In this document: piece after piece, positions 1 to 9,879 of the stretch
Position numbering within the stretch: the stretch's first letter is position 1
Layout of the letters: the number at the start of each line of letters is the position of its first letter
IMG/VR virus record: IMGVR_UViG_3300047668_001392
Source: an uncultured virus (IMG/VR IMGVR_UViG_3300047668_001392)
Lineage: Duplodnaviria; Heunggongvirae; Uroviricota; Caudoviricetes; Crassvirales
Length of the DNA: 64,000 nt
Reading direction: 5' to 3' (one strand)
Notes under the pieces: model-generated
What the model was told of the DNA's origin: nothing
What the model saw: the letters and a program-made list of their open reading frames with translations, nothing else
Databases searched by the model: none
Translations under genes and position numbers: made by a program

Positions 1-2
1 AT

Positions 3-239
3 GCTGGAGATTATGTAGGCACAACAGCTTCTCATAAGGTATATATTAAAAATTCTGCTATTGGGTCTAGCGATTTTGTTACTGTTGAGTTAGGAGGTGA
101 TAATGTTTTAATGGGGAGACTTTACCCAGGAGATTGGTGTTTCTTCCCATACGACGGAACTTTAGACGTAGATATAGATACTAGTGCAGCTAATATGAAG
201 GTTGAATATGCTGTTTTTTCTCAATCAACCGCATCATAA
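3..239 (+). CDS. 5'-truncated small structural protein, paralog family A (putative capsid decoration)
   Basis: Frame 3 reads ...SHKVYIKNS...MGRLYPGDWCFFPYDGTLDV...EYAVFSQSTAS*, closely matching 251..661. Not in the ORF track. Confidence 0.8.
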   Translation, partial: AGDYVGTTASHKVYIKNSAIGSSDFVTVELGGDNVLMGRLYPGDWCFFPYDGTLDVDIDTSAANMKVEYAVFSQSTAS

Positions 240-250
240 TAACATAGACT

Positions 251-661
251 ATGGCAACTACAACAGCAACATTAGTCCTTAGTAGCGCGGACGTTACAGG
301 ACATAGCTTTAATATGACGCAGACTGCTACCTTAACTAAGGCAGCCTCTACGACAGGGTTAGATGAATTCACAGGTATTACTAGTAGAAAGTATCCGTCA
401 GCACAAACCGATACGGTTGTTGTAGCGGATAGCGTATATGTACATCCAACTGTAGCTCATAAGGTTTATATTAGAAATACAAGCACTGGGAACAGCGACT
501 ACATCTTAGTGGAGCTTGAAGGTAATGTTATTGTTGGAAGGCTTTACCCAGGAGACTGGATGTTTATTCCTTATGCAGGAACGTTAGATATTCAAGTAAC
601 TACCATAGCTGCAAACGTAAGCATTGAATATGGAGTCTTCTCTCAATCAACTGTATCATAA
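251..661 (+). CDS. small structural protein, family A
   Basis: AHKVYIRN...GRLYPGDWMFIPY motif; Thr/Ala/Ser-rich; upstream of scaffold and MCP. Confidence 0.75.
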   Translation: MATTTATLVLSSADVTGHSFNMTQTATLTKAASTTGLDEFTGITSRKYPSAQTDTVVVADSVYVHPTVAHKVYIRNTSTGNSDYILVELEGNVIVGRLYPGDWMFIPYAGTLDIQVTTIAANVSIEYGVFSQSTVS

Positions 662-1392
662 TGGCAAGAACAGCAACGACAACGGCAAGCTTTTCTTTAT
701 CTAGTGCAAACTTAACCAGTAGCCCTACTAATATTAGTGCGTCTACTACTCTAACAAAAGCCGCCTCTAAGCTTGGGCTATCCCAAACCACAGGGTTGGC
801 TATTAAAACGACTTCTTCTGCAAGCGCAGCGGTTATTACCGCAGATCCTTTATTTAGAGGTGATGGTGCTACTGCTGATAAAGCAAACAAAGTTTACTTA
901 AGAAACCTTTCTACTATTGCTTCAGAGTACTTTACTGTATATATTGATCAGGAAGAAATGGGGAGGCTTTACGCAGGGGATTTTGCATTCTTCCCTTGGA
1001 AAGCTGCAAGTGGAACCAAAGAAACTTTTGTTGTTACTTCAGCTGGAACGGTTGCCGCTGGAGACTCTTGGGATTTTGACGGTGTTACTACTGTAAGCGC
1101 TGATGCGGTCTCAAACAATTTTGCAGCAGCTGTTAACGCTAAATTTTATCCTAACTGGACAACTACAGTTTCTACAGCAGCGGTAACGTTTACTGCTAGG
1201 CAAGCTGGAGCAGCAGGGGTTGTAACAGGAACTACAGCTATAACAGGAGACACTATAACGGACTTAGGTGGTTCTGATCTAACTATGGCTATAACTAGTG
1301 CTGCAGCAGGAACACGATCGGAATCTGACATTTTTGTAAAGCCTAGTGTTCACACGGAAATGTCAATAGAAAACATGTTAATACACGAATAA
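661..1392 (+). CDS. structural protein, family A with an inserted domain
   Basis: NKVYLRN...MGRLYAGDFAFFPW motif plus a ~95 aa insertion; TAATG coupling. Confidence 0.75.
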   Translation: MARTATTTASFSLSSANLTSSPTNISASTTLTKAASKLGLSQTTGLAIKTTSSASAAVITADPLFRGDGATADKANKVYLRNLSTIASEYFTVYIDQEEMGRLYAGDFAFFPWKAASGTKETFVVTSAGTVAAGDSWDFDGVTTVSADAVSNNFAAAVNAKFYPNWTTTVSTAAVTFTARQAGAAGVVTGTTAITGDTITDLGGSDLTMAITSAAAGTRSESDIFVKPSVHTEMSIENMLIHE

Positions 1393-1799
1393 TGGGGAAT
1401 CTTAGAGTAGGCTTATCATTAAGTAGTACGGACTTGCTCTCAAGCCCGTTAAGCATCTCTGTAGCTACATCTTTAATAGTAGACTCAGGAAGCCTTATTA
1501 GAGCCAAAGTAAAAGGAACAGCAGCAGACACTAACGATTTAGCTATATATATAGTTGATCAGTGTAGCGATAGAGCGTACCTATACATAAAGAATTTAGA
1601 TTCTCAATTAGAGAATTACATATACATACATAACGACACAGATACTGGTTTAGTAGCTAAGGTTGGTGGCGGAGAGTTTGCTTTCATTCCTGTTGCTGTA
1701 GACAAGAAGTACGAAGTGTATGGTACTAAAATAGACACATTAATCGAGTACGGGGTATTCGGAAACGATAACTCAGCTGCACCATACGGTGGCACATAA
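1392..1799 (+). CDS. small structural protein, family A
   Basis: AYLYIKN...AKVGGGEFAFIPV...IEYGVF. Confidence 0.7.
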   Translation: MGNLRVGLSLSSTDLLSSPLSISVATSLIVDSGSLIRAKVKGTAADTNDLAIYIVDQCSDRAYLYIKNLDSQLENYIYIHNDTDTGLVAKVGGGEFAFIPVAVDKKYEVYGTKIDTLIEYGVFGNDNSAAPYGGT

Positions 1800-1811
1800 T
1801 AACATAAAGAC

Positions 1812-2162
1812 ATGGCACATCCAAGTAATCTTATAGGTAGTAACCCCCATTATATCACAGGGGATGTCACAGCGACCCTTAGTGGGGATGATTATTTTCA
1901 TACCGTTACTGTTTCAACAGGTGGCACGCTGGCTATTAAAGGCGGAGGAATTTTTGAATTCCTAGCAAGTGGTGCTGATGGTACTGGTCATATTGACCCA
2001 GATACAGGTGTTGCTCATACTGAAAATACAGATGCCGCTGGATTTTATGAAGCCTTAGGGAGCACGCCTGTTTCTTTTGTTCTTACTGCAGGAATCACTA
2101 TATATGGAAGGTTTACAGAGATAGATTCTGACGGTACTGCTATTTCAATAGCATATAAATAA
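1812..2162 (+). CDS. small structural protein, family B
   Basis: FHTVTV...GITIYGRFTEI...IAYK C-terminus. Confidence 0.7.
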   Translation: MAHPSNLIGSNPHYITGDVTATLSGDDYFHTVTVSTGGTLAIKGGGIFEFLASGADGTGHIDPDTGVAHTENTDAAGFYEALGSTPVSFVLTAGITIYGRFTEIDSDGTAISIAYK

Positions 2163-2410
2163 TGCCTAATTTAACAAGCATGTTAAACAGTCAAATTTAT
2201 AATATTGGCAAATCGCAGGCAGTTAATTTAACTAACGGCTCTTTTTTTCATACAGTTAACTGTGTGGATTCGGGAATTGTTTGGTTGGACGGAGTATTTG
2301 TTCCGTATTTTTATTATCCTCCTACTGGTGTAGCATTTGGAGGCAAAACAATAACAGGTCGGTTTACAAGCATAGTCACCTCAACGGCTCAAGTAATAGC
2401 ATATAAATAA
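2162..2410 (+). CDS. small structural protein, family B
   Basis: FHTVNC...GKTITGRFTSI...VIAYK. Confidence 0.7.
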   Translation: MPNLTSMLNSQIYNIGKSQAVNLTNGSFFHTVNCVDSGIVWLDGVFVPYFYYPPTGVAFGGKTITGRFTSIVTSTAQVIAYK

Positions 2411-3171
2411 TGCCTAGTCCAGCAAGCAGAAATGCTCACATATATGTATTCCGCGCAGACGAGGCGGCTAATATGCCTTCTTTTGGCGCAGATTCACGCA
2501 GAATGATTCGTGAGATTACTTGTTTTGAAAGTATTAATCCTCAACTCCCCAGCCTCCTTCATTTCGCCCTTGTGTCAGCTCCGATGGTTGGTTCTATTTC
2601 GGGACCCCTTGTAAACGGAGCACGAAGATTAAGTTGGTACGAGCAATATGGAGATTTTGGATGGGACGGAAGATTGACTGGGAAGCTAATTAACAATGAT
2701 GTTAGTTTATTTCGGTTTGTAACAGGAACATTTACAGCAAGTCAAAGTGGCGGGACTGTTGCTGCAGATACAGTAACTGTAACTAGAGCAGGTGTTGATG
2801 TCACTGCTAGCGTAACCCCACCTGCATTTGACGGGATTATAACAAGCGGTAGCGGTGTTATAACCGCTATACTCCCAACAAGTACAGTGGGAGCAGATTT
2901 AGAGATAGGAGATGTTTTAACCTTTGAGGTTATGAAAAACGGATCTAGTATCGGTGATGCAACCCTAACATTAGATGCTCATTCTATGGGTTTTACAGCT
3001 GGTATGTACGAAGTTAAGAACGTAGTGAGGTCTGAGGATCGCCCTTGGGGGGGTATTGCGTCATACGTCAACCCGACAACCTCAATAGAGATGAAGGTCG
3101 GGCAAACCGTTACTGGAAATTTTAAGTCAATTTCCGTAACCAACGTGGGCGTAATAGCATATGCATATTAA
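2410..3171 (+). CDS. structural protein, family B with a large insertion
   Basis: GQTVTGNFKSI...VIAYAY C-terminus. Confidence 0.65.
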   Translation: MPSPASRNAHIYVFRADEAANMPSFGADSRRMIREITCFESINPQLPSLLHFALVSAPMVGSISGPLVNGARRLSWYEQYGDFGWDGRLTGKLINNDVSLFRFVTGTFTASQSGGTVAADTVTVTRAGVDVTASVTPPAFDGIITSGSGVITAILPTSTVGADLEIGDVLTFEVMKNGSSIGDATLTLDAHSMGFTAGMYEVKNVVRSEDRPWGGIASYVNPTTSIEMKVGQTVTGNFKSISVTNVGVIAYAY

Positions 3172-3191
3172 TAATAAACTAATTTAATATA

Positions 3192-4352
3192 ATGGAAAAT
3201 AATAACGAACAATTTGAAAAAGTGGAGATCTTTGATACTCCCGAACAGCTTGCTGAATCGATGCAAGCAGACGCACAACCTACTCAAGAGGCTCCACAGC
3301 AGGAGTCTCAACCTGTTTCTGAACCCCTTCAGGAACAAACAGAGCAGGAAGCTCCGCCTCAGGTAGAGCCAGTACAGGAACAGACTAACGAACCTGTACA
3401 ACAAGAAGAATTTCAATATCAAGCGACGACTGACGATAATATCGAACAACAGGCGTCAACGGATAATGATAATACAACTCAGCAGTATTCTGACGACGAC
3501 ATAGAATCGGCGGTGTTTAACTACGTAAGCGAAAGGCTTGGACGCGAGGTTAAATCATTCGACGAATTTAGTCAACCACAGAACGCTATGGATGAGAGGA
3601 TCCAAAAGATCGCGGAATTTGTAAAAGATACAGGTCGCGGTCCTGAAGATTGGTTTAAGTATCAGTCGTTAAACCCATCCGAAATGGATGATATGACGGC
3701 AGTGAAGATTAAATATTCACAAGATTACCCACAGCTAAACTTCAATGAGATCAACACTCTCGTTAGTTCTAAATACAAGACGAATCCTGATGAGTTTAGT
3801 GAAGGTGAATTACAGGTCTCAGCTTTACAGCTAAAGATCGATGCCACGGACGCACGTAATAATATTGAAGAGATACGCAATACTTACGCCGCTCCTATGC
3901 AACAGGAAACATCTGAACAACAAGAATCTTACTTTACTGAAGATTGGGCTCAAAATATGCAAAGAGAAACATCTAGTTTCGAAGGCTTAGAGTTCGATTT
4001 AGGGAATGGTAAGAGTTTTAATTTTGGTGTAGGTGATAACTATAGAAACACTCTAGTTGACAACCATCAGAATGCTGAGAATTATTTAGACAGGTACGTT
4101 GACCCTAATGGAAATTGGGATTACGATACCTTTAATTCTCATCAAACGCTCATCGATAATATCGACAACATCGTCTCTTCGGCGTATCGTCAAGGTATGG
4201 GAGATGGGCAGAGAGGGCTAGTTAATAAGGCGGCTAACGTCTCTACTAACACACCTTCTCAAAACTCTGCTCAAAACAACACTAATTCATTAGCAGAGCA
4301 AGTAAAGAACATCATGGGGGCTAACTCCAATAAGATGACATTTAACATTTAA
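3192..4352 (+). CDS. capsid scaffolding-like protein
   Basis: Very acidic Q/E-rich N-terminus, helical; immediately upstream of the MCP. Confidence 0.7.
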   Translation: MENNNEQFEKVEIFDTPEQLAESMQADAQPTQEAPQQESQPVSEPLQEQTEQEAPPQVEPVQEQTNEPVQQEEFQYQATTDDNIEQQASTDNDNTTQQYSDDDIESAVFNYVSERLGREVKSFDEFSQPQNAMDERIQKIAEFVKDTGRGPEDWFKYQSLNPSEMDDMTAVKIKYSQDYPQLNFNEINTLVSSKYKTNPDEFSEGELQVSALQLKIDATDARNNIEEIRNTYAAPMQQETSEQQESYFTEDWAQNMQRETSSFEGLEFDLGNGKSFNFGVGDNYRNTLVDNHQNAENYLDRYVDPNGNWDYDTFNSHQTLIDNIDNIVSSAYRQGMGDGQRGLVNKAANVSTNTPSQNSAQNNTNSLAEQVKNIMGANSNKMTFNI

Positions 4353-4373
4353 AATAACAAAAACTAAGAAACA

Positions 4374-5798
4374 ATGGCAACATTAGGAAATTCTAGGGCG
4401 GCAGGTACAGCAGGTACCTTACCCCCTATCGACGGAGCTGCAGGTACATTCAGGATTTCACCTGAAACATATACAGATATCGGCACTCTTTTAAACACAA
4501 ACAAAGATGAGCATATGCCTCAACTCATCGAGACTTACGGCGATCAAGGTATCACTGGATTTCTTAAACTTACAGGCGCAATCAACAGCGGTGGATCTTC
4601 AGACGAGATCAACTGGTGGGAGGCAGGACGTCGTCACAAATCTTTTACATATGCAATTGGTGACATTACGGATAACGCCTCTTCTGTTACTGTAGCCGCA
4701 GGGACTACGGATAGTTTTGCGTCTAGCGTACAGGCGAATGACGTAGTTATGGATAGCTCTACTGGAACACGCTGGGTTGTAAAATCTGGTGGATTTGGAA
4801 CAGGACTCGCAGCCCCAGTAACAATGGTTAAGTTAGATCAAAGCGTTGTAACGATTGCTGCTGATTTAGACCTAGTAGGTGGAGAGTTTATTAAACTCGG
4901 TAACATCTATGCTCAAGGAACAAACCAACCTACAGCATACGACGATTTTGCAGCAGTGAAGCACACTAACCCATATATGATCGTTAAAGATCGTTACGAG
5001 GTTAATGGGTCTCAGGCTACGAATATCGGTTGGGTAAATGTAGGTGGCGGAGAATACCGCTGGTTTATGAAGGGTGAGCAAGAGGCTCGCGCTCGTTTTG
5101 AAGACCGTCGTGAGATGATGATGCTTTTAGGGCAGAAGTTCGATGTAGGTGGCTCAGGCGTATCTCTTGATGCTGACCTAGCTGGATCTGAAGGATACTT
5201 CTCAGCTATTGAGGACCGTGGAATTCAAGTTAGTAACGCTAACGCGAACCCATTAGACTCTTTCTCTGAGTTCGACGATATTATCATGGAGCTTGATAAG
5301 CAAGGTGCACCTTCTGAGTACGCTATGTACGTAAACAGAAAGCAAGACCTCGCTATCGACGATATGTTAGCATCAGGTATCTCTACAGGAGTTACTGCTG
5401 GTTTACCAGGACAGTTCGGAGCATTCAATAACTCAGCAGATATGGCTGTACAGCTTGGATTTAAATCTTTCACTCGTGGAGGATATACTTTCCATAAGCA
5501 CGATTGGAAGCTATTGAACGACCCAACTCTTCTAGGCGCATCTAACTACGTACAGGGAGCTATGATTCCTTTATCGCAGGTTACAGACGCACGTAGCGGA
5601 ATGAAGGCACCAGCTTTATCTATGTCTTACAAGGAAGCTAACGGGTACAACCGTGAACTTGAGCACTGGGTAACTGGTAGCATCTTGGGTCATACTAACA
5701 ACGGAGATGTAGGAACAGACAACGCTGTCTTCCACTACCGCTCTGAGATCGCTCTTTGCACTCGCGCTGCTAACCAGCACGTAATGATTAAAGGATAA
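4374..5798 (+). CDS. major capsid protein (HK97 fold, Bacteroidota podophage/crAss-related type)
   Basis: 474 aa; ETYGDQGITGFL..INWWEAGRRH, GFKSFTRGGYTFHKHDWKLLNDP, HYRSE..L..RAAN; high-expression codon use; followed by a terminator. Confidence 0.85.
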   Translation: MATLGNSRAAGTAGTLPPIDGAAGTFRISPETYTDIGTLLNTNKDEHMPQLIETYGDQGITGFLKLTGAINSGGSSDEINWWEAGRRHKSFTYAIGDITDNASSVTVAAGTTDSFASSVQANDVVMDSSTGTRWVVKSGGFGTGLAAPVTMVKLDQSVVTIAADLDLVGGEFIKLGNIYAQGTNQPTAYDDFAAVKHTNPYMIVKDRYEVNGSQATNIGWVNVGGGEYRWFMKGEQEARARFEDRREMMMLLGQKFDVGGSGVSLDADLAGSEGYFSAIEDRGIQVSNANANPLDSFSEFDDIIMELDKQGAPSEYAMYVNRKQDLAIDDMLASGISTGVTAGLPGQFGAFNNSADMAVQLGFKSFTRGGYTFHKHDWKLLNDPTLLGASNYVQGAMIPLSQVTDARSGMKAPALSMSYKEANGYNRELEHWVTGSILGHTNNGDVGTDNAVFHYRSEIALCTRAANQHVMIKG

Positions 5799-5813
5799 TA
5801 ATAATAGTTAGGT

Positions 5814-5845
5814 AGAGTGGGGAAGCATTCGGTTTCCCCCCTTTA
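5814..5845 (+). terminator. intrinsic terminator after MCP
   Basis: GGGGAAGC-attcg-GTTTCCCC stem followed by a short T run. Confidence 0.6.
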
Positions 5846-5869
5846 GCTACAATAAATAACTTATATATT

Positions 5870-6190
5870 ATGGAAAAATACCTTATATTTAAAACAGCGG
5901 CAGCCGATTCAATTTGTCTGCCTGCTCGCGATTTATCACACATGCACATTGATGCTGCAGGAACCGCTTTGGACATAAACTTTGTAAATCCTCTTACAGG
6001 AGATGATGGAGTAGGAGAATACAATGTACCTGTTGTTATAACCGACAATCAAGGGAGAGTAGTTATGAAAGCTATCGCTGAAGAAATCAGATCTGGGAAG
6101 GAACAACTTATCGTCGTTGTAGACGATATTGCTAAGGAATACCTTCATTCTGATATTACATCATGCGGTGATCTTGGAGTAATTAGTTAA
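5870..6190 (+). CDS. small structural protein, family C
   Basis: MEKYLIF..LPARDL..MKAIAEEIRSGKEQLIVVVDD. Confidence 0.7.
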   Translation: MEKYLIFKTAAADSICLPARDLSHMHIDAAGTALDINFVNPLTGDDGVGEYNVPVVITDNQGRVVMKAIAEEIRSGKEQLIVVVDDIAKEYLHSDITSCGDLGVIS

Positions 6191-6211
6191 TAACATATAA
6201 AAAAAGAAAAC

Positions 6212-6553
6212 ATGGATTTATCAAAGAAATTTTTATATATTAATACAGCCAGCGACCCTGCATTGTTTGTAGACGAGGCTAGAACATATCCCGCAAGTGG
6301 CTTAAAAGCTATTTATGAAGAGGATGCAACTAATGTTGTATTAGCTCTTCAGAATAACGTTGCAGTTGATTGCGATGTATTTACTGTTACTGTTACCTCT
6401 GGAGAGGCTAGAACTTTTATGAAAGATCTCGTTAACGCGATCAATTATGGGAGTGAAGCCTTTCTTGTTGTTGGTGACAACTATACGCATGAATCTTTAT
6501 CAGGTGCTGTTGTTTTTACAACTGACATCACTTTAGATAACGAGGCAGCATAA
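6212..6553 (+). CDS. small structural protein, family C
   Basis: KKFLYI..YPASGL..FMKDLVNAINYGSEAFLVVGD. Confidence 0.7.
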   Translation: MDLSKKFLYINTASDPALFVDEARTYPASGLKAIYEEDATNVVLALQNNVAVDCDVFTVTVTSGEARTFMKDLVNAINYGSEAFLVVGDNYTHESLSGAVVFTTDITLDNEAA

Positions 6554-6569
6554 CAACTAAGACTGAAAG

Positions 6570-6598
6570 GAGGGGAGGAAAGACTTCCCCTCACTTTT
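6570..6598 (+). terminator. intrinsic terminator
   Basis: GAGGGGAG-gaaaga-CTTCCCCTC followed by acTTTT. Confidence 0.6.
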
Positions 6599-6641
6599 AC
6601 AAACTTAACTTTTTAACAAACAAAAACAAAAATTAGAAAAT

Positions 6642-7175
6642 ATGAATGAATTAATTCTTTCGAAACTAGAAGTAGACAAACTCAATGGGATTTCCCAGGC
6701 AAAACTGTTTGGTTTTGCAAATATGGTTGATCCTGCTAGTGGAATGACTGCAGTGGCTCTTACAAGCGATCAAGTTGATGCTGACCCTACATTAGGGGCT
6801 AACACAATTAACACGGCTGCATTTGACGCTAACGAGACTGTAGACATCACACTTCCACCTGCTACAGTTGGTACTTATGTTATCTGGAGACAATCAGATT
6901 TAGCCGACGAAGCTACTGCTATGGACTGGATATGTGCTGGAGCAGACACGTTTGAAGCAAATCAAGTTTGCAGCATTGGTGAGATTGCAGCTCAACACGA
7001 TACTACTGTTGCAGCTGACGTAAAATTGATTATTACGCCTGCTGCCACCAACCCAGGTTGGGGACAAGTCGGTAGTCAGTGTCACTTTCTATGTCGCCAA
7101 GATGGCAAATGGTTAGTAAAAGTTCAAGGCATGAAGCTTGGAACTGGAGCTGTTGGTACTCTTTCTTTTGCTTAA
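6642..7175 (+). CDS. putative structural (head fibre/auxiliary) protein
   Basis: beta-rich, ITLPPATVG motif; structural cluster. Confidence 0.55.
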   Translation: MNELILSKLEVDKLNGISQAKLFGFANMVDPASGMTAVALTSDQVDADPTLGANTINTAAFDANETVDITLPPATVGTYVIWRQSDLADEATAMDWICAGADTFEANQVCSIGEIAAQHDTTVAADVKLIITPAATNPGWGQVGSQCHFLCRQDGKWLVKVQGMKLGTGAVGTLSFA

Positions 7176-7198
7176 TAGCTAACCTTATACTACTACGA

Positions 7199-7225
7199 GA
7201 AAGGCCCTTCGGGGCCTTTTTCTTT
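7199..7225 (+). terminator. intrinsic terminator
   Basis: GAAAGGCCC-TTCG-GGGCCTTTTTCTTT. Confidence 0.9.
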
Positions 7226-7229
7226 GTCG

Positions 7230-7237
7230 TATATTTG
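7230..7237 (+). promoter_or_regulatory. Bacteroidetes primary-sigma -7 box (TAnnTTTG)
   Basis: TATATTTG directly after a terminator, 4 nt before ATG 7242. Confidence 0.75.
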
Positions 7238-7241
7238 CTAT

Positions 7242-7553
7242 ATGAAGAAATTCTTATTCTTTGCTAATAGCGTCGCCGATGTTCGTATGCTCCCTGCTGA
7301 CGACCTTGTGCTCATGGAGATAGATGCGGATGGGGACAGCCTGGAGATGCATTTCAAAAGCTTAAGCGGAACCTTAGGGGGGTCAACAATGATACCATTA
7401 ACTATAACGACGGACTCAGGGCTCGATATAATGAGAGCGATTACTGAGGAGATCGCGTTTGGGGAGGAAGCGATGGTGGTGATTGCAGATGAGATAAACT
7501 CAATTTTTCTTCATGGCGACATAACCGCCGTAACAAACTCACTAACAGCATAG
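7242..7553 (+). CDS. small structural protein, family C (true start probably 7242, MKKFLFF)
   Basis: MKKFLFF..LPADDL..IMRAITEEIAFGEEAMVVIADE. Confidence 0.75.
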   Translation: MKKFLFFANSVADVRMLPADDLVLMEIDADGDSLEMHFKSLSGTLGGSTMIPLTITTDSGLDIMRAITEEIAFGEEAMVVIADEINSIFLHGDITAVTNSLTA

Positions 7554-7554
7554 C

Positions 7555-9201
7555 ATGGCTTTATCTCCAGACGATAAATTTTTATTATTAAACGCAGACA
7601 CCACGGCTGGTGAATCTGATGCGGCTATGTACTACCCTGTCAGGTATCTACGAGGGTTAGATTGTCCATCGGATGGTGCTGTTAGTTTTTATTTTAGAGG
7701 TCCAAACGATACCACCAGCACACGGGTTATTGTCTCTACCACTGCTGGTTTTGTGAAAGAGTTTTTTTTACAGTTTGTAAATGAAATTAACTTTGGGGAA
7801 AAGGCAGTTATAACGTTAGCGTCAAAAAACACATCGGTAAGCGCAACGGATGGAGGGTCTGATTTTGTTTATGTAAATGCTTTTGTTGGGGCTCTTATAT
7901 TTAACGATGACACAACAGCATTTGAGAATCTACAGGTTGCTGAAAATTTAAACGTAGGGGCCACTATTTCCGCAACTGCTTTAAACTTAACGAGCAATTT
8001 AATTGTGGGGTATGGTGGGACAGGCGCTAGCTCTTTAACAGACAACGGGGTGCTGTTTGGCAATGGGGCGGCCGCTATATCCGCCGTGGATCTTTCTGCT
8101 AACGGAAACGTCATCGTGGGTGGGGCGACACCTGCGGTAGTAACGGGGGCCAACCTAGCGGGTGCAGGCCTTGCGGCCACGGTAGGAGATGGAACCTTAG
8201 TTTTAGCTGTGGAGACTTTAAATCAAGACACAACGGGGAGTGCAGCAACTCTTACAACCCCACGAGCCATCAACGGGGTGGACTTCGACGGCTCTGCCGC
8301 GATAACTGTTACGGCGGCTGGATCGACTTTATCGGATACGGTAACCGTAGCTAAGGGTGGTACTGGGGCGACATCTTTAACGGCGGATGGTGTTTTGTTT
8401 GGTAACGGAACGTCTGCGGTTTCTGCGGTAGATTTGTCCACTAATGGTAACATCGTTGTAGGTGGTTCCACCCCAGCTGTGGTAACAGGAGCTAATTTGG
8501 CTGGATCTGGCCTAGCCGCAACTGTAGGGAACGGAACCTTGGTTTTAGCTGTAGAGACCTTAAATCAAGACACAACAGGTAATGCCGACACAGCAACTCT
8601 CGCCGCTGACGCTACGACGCTAGCCACACCGAGGGCTATATTTGGGCATAACTTTGATGGCAGCGCCGCGTTAACAGGTGTTATTGCATCTGCAAATTTA
8701 GACGCTGATACAGCTCACTTGTCTGGAGCACAATCTTTTACGGGGGCAAAAACATTTTCAGCGGGTATAATCCCTTCTTTTGTAAAACACTCTATCAGTG
8801 GTAATGCTACCGCAGATTACGGTCCTGGCGCGGAAATTTTATTTGGCATCAGTGCTGAAACCACTACAGCAGGCGCTATATATGTTCTGCGATCTGGAAC
8901 ATGGACTTTGATGGATGCTGACTTTCCAAATAGGTGTAGACAGTTAGCAGCAGTAGCAGTAGGTACAGACTCAGCGGTAGACGGTATGTTAATAAGAGGG
9001 TGTGTGACACTAGCCTCAGCATATACGGCTGGAACAGATGCCGAGGGTATTAGAGTTTTTGCTTCCACAACAGCTGGTGAAGCAACCCTTACAGCGCCTA
9101 GCGCAAGTGGAGACACCGTGAGAATATTAGGTTACTCGCTTAATGCTGGTGATAAAAAAATGTTTTTTAATCCTGACAACTCTCACGTAGAGATTGCATA
9201 A
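7555..9201 (+). CDS. fibre protein: family C N-domain, duplicated fibre repeat, cement/fibre-like C-domain
   Basis: GGTGA..LT..GVLFGNG and TPRAINGVDFDGSA fibre motifs present twice. Confidence 0.75.
   Translation: MALSPDDKFLLLNADTTAGESDAAMYYPVRYLRGLDCPSDGAVSFYFRGPNDTTSTRVIVSTTAGFVKEFFLQFVNEINFGEKAVITLASKNTSVSATDGGSDFVYVNAFVGALIFNDDTTAFENLQVAENLNVGATISATALNLTSNLIVGYGGTGASSLTDNGVLFGNGAAAISAVDLSANGNVIVGGATPAVVTGANLAGAGLAATVGDGTLVLAVETLNQDTTGSAATLTTPRAINGVDFDGSAAITVTAAGSTLSDTVTVAKGGTGATSLTADGVLFGNGTSAVSAVDLSTNGNIVVGGSTPAVVTGANLAGSGLAATVGNGTLVLAVETLNQDTTGNADTATLAADATTLATPRAIFGHNFDGSAALTGVIASANLDADTAHLSGAQSFTGAKTFSAGIIPSFVKHSISGNATADYGPGAEILFGISAETTTAGAIYVLRSGTWTLMDADFPNRCRQLAAVAVGTDSAVDGMLIRGCVTLASAYTAGTDAEGIRVFASTTAGEATLTAPSASGDTVRILGYSLNAGDKKMFFNPDNSHVEIA
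8014..8675 (+). repeat. intragenic tandem duplication (~114 aa unit) in the fibre gene
   Basis: GGTGASSLTDNGVLFGNG...LAVETLNQDTTG..TPRAI.G..FDGSAA at ~8014-8305 and ~8356-8675. Confidence 0.9.
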
Positions 9202-9863
9202 TGGCTACGATAAATGTAAACAGGCAAGGCTCAGGAACAGGGATTGCCAATGGAACCTTTGCTACAGCCAGATCAAATGCGGCCTCAGCCGTTTCAGATG
9301 GTGCTTCAGGTAGTTTTACTGTTCAATACTTTACAGGCAGAACAAAAAGATTTAAAAGAGCCTTCTTACACTTCGACACAAGCGGGATAACAGGGACGTT
9401 GAGCGCGGCTCATATCGACATTAACGGAAGTGATGGGTCAACTGACCCTGACCCTAACGATACTATAATGGTTAAGAGTACCGCTTTTGGCGGTGACGGT
9501 GGGACAGCTTTGGCTACGTCAGATCACTTTAGTTCTTTAGACTACAGTACAGCTTACTCTGACGAGCTTACTACGTGGTCAACAGGTAACAATGAATACA
9601 CTTTAACAGCGGCAGCTTTAGCGGATATAAAGAACAACGATAATTTTACCTTAGCTGTAATAGATCACGACAATGACTATGCTAACTCAGCCACTACGGG
9701 AACTTCTGATATTCGCATAGACTTTAATACAACAATAACTTTAGATTTCACCCTTGCTGCCGCTGGGTATGGCCATGATGTCATAGGGGTTGCCGCGGCA
9801 AGCATAGGTAAGGTAAACTCTGTAGCCACAGCAAGCATAGGAAAAATTAACAGCGTTGATTAA
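9201..9863 (+). CDS. structural protein with a DNRLRE/CBM96-like domain
   Basis: RAFLHFDTSGITGTLSAAHI motif; C-terminal ASIGKVN repeat. Confidence 0.5.
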   Translation: MATINVNRQGSGTGIANGTFATARSNAASAVSDGASGSFTVQYFTGRTKRFKRAFLHFDTSGITGTLSAAHIDINGSDGSTDPDPNDTIMVKSTAFGGDGGTALATSDHFSSLDYSTAYSDELTTWSTGNNEYTLTAAALADIKNNDNFTLAVIDHDNDYANSATTGTSDIRIDFNTTITLDFTLAAAGYGHDVIGVAAASIGKVNSVATASIGKINSVD

Positions 9864-9867
9864 TTAG

Positions 9868-9875
9868 TATATTTG
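9868..9875 (+). promoter_or_regulatory. Bacteroidetes -7 promoter box
   Basis: TATATTTG 4 nt before ATG 9880. Confidence 0.7.
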
Positions 9876-9879
9876 TATT

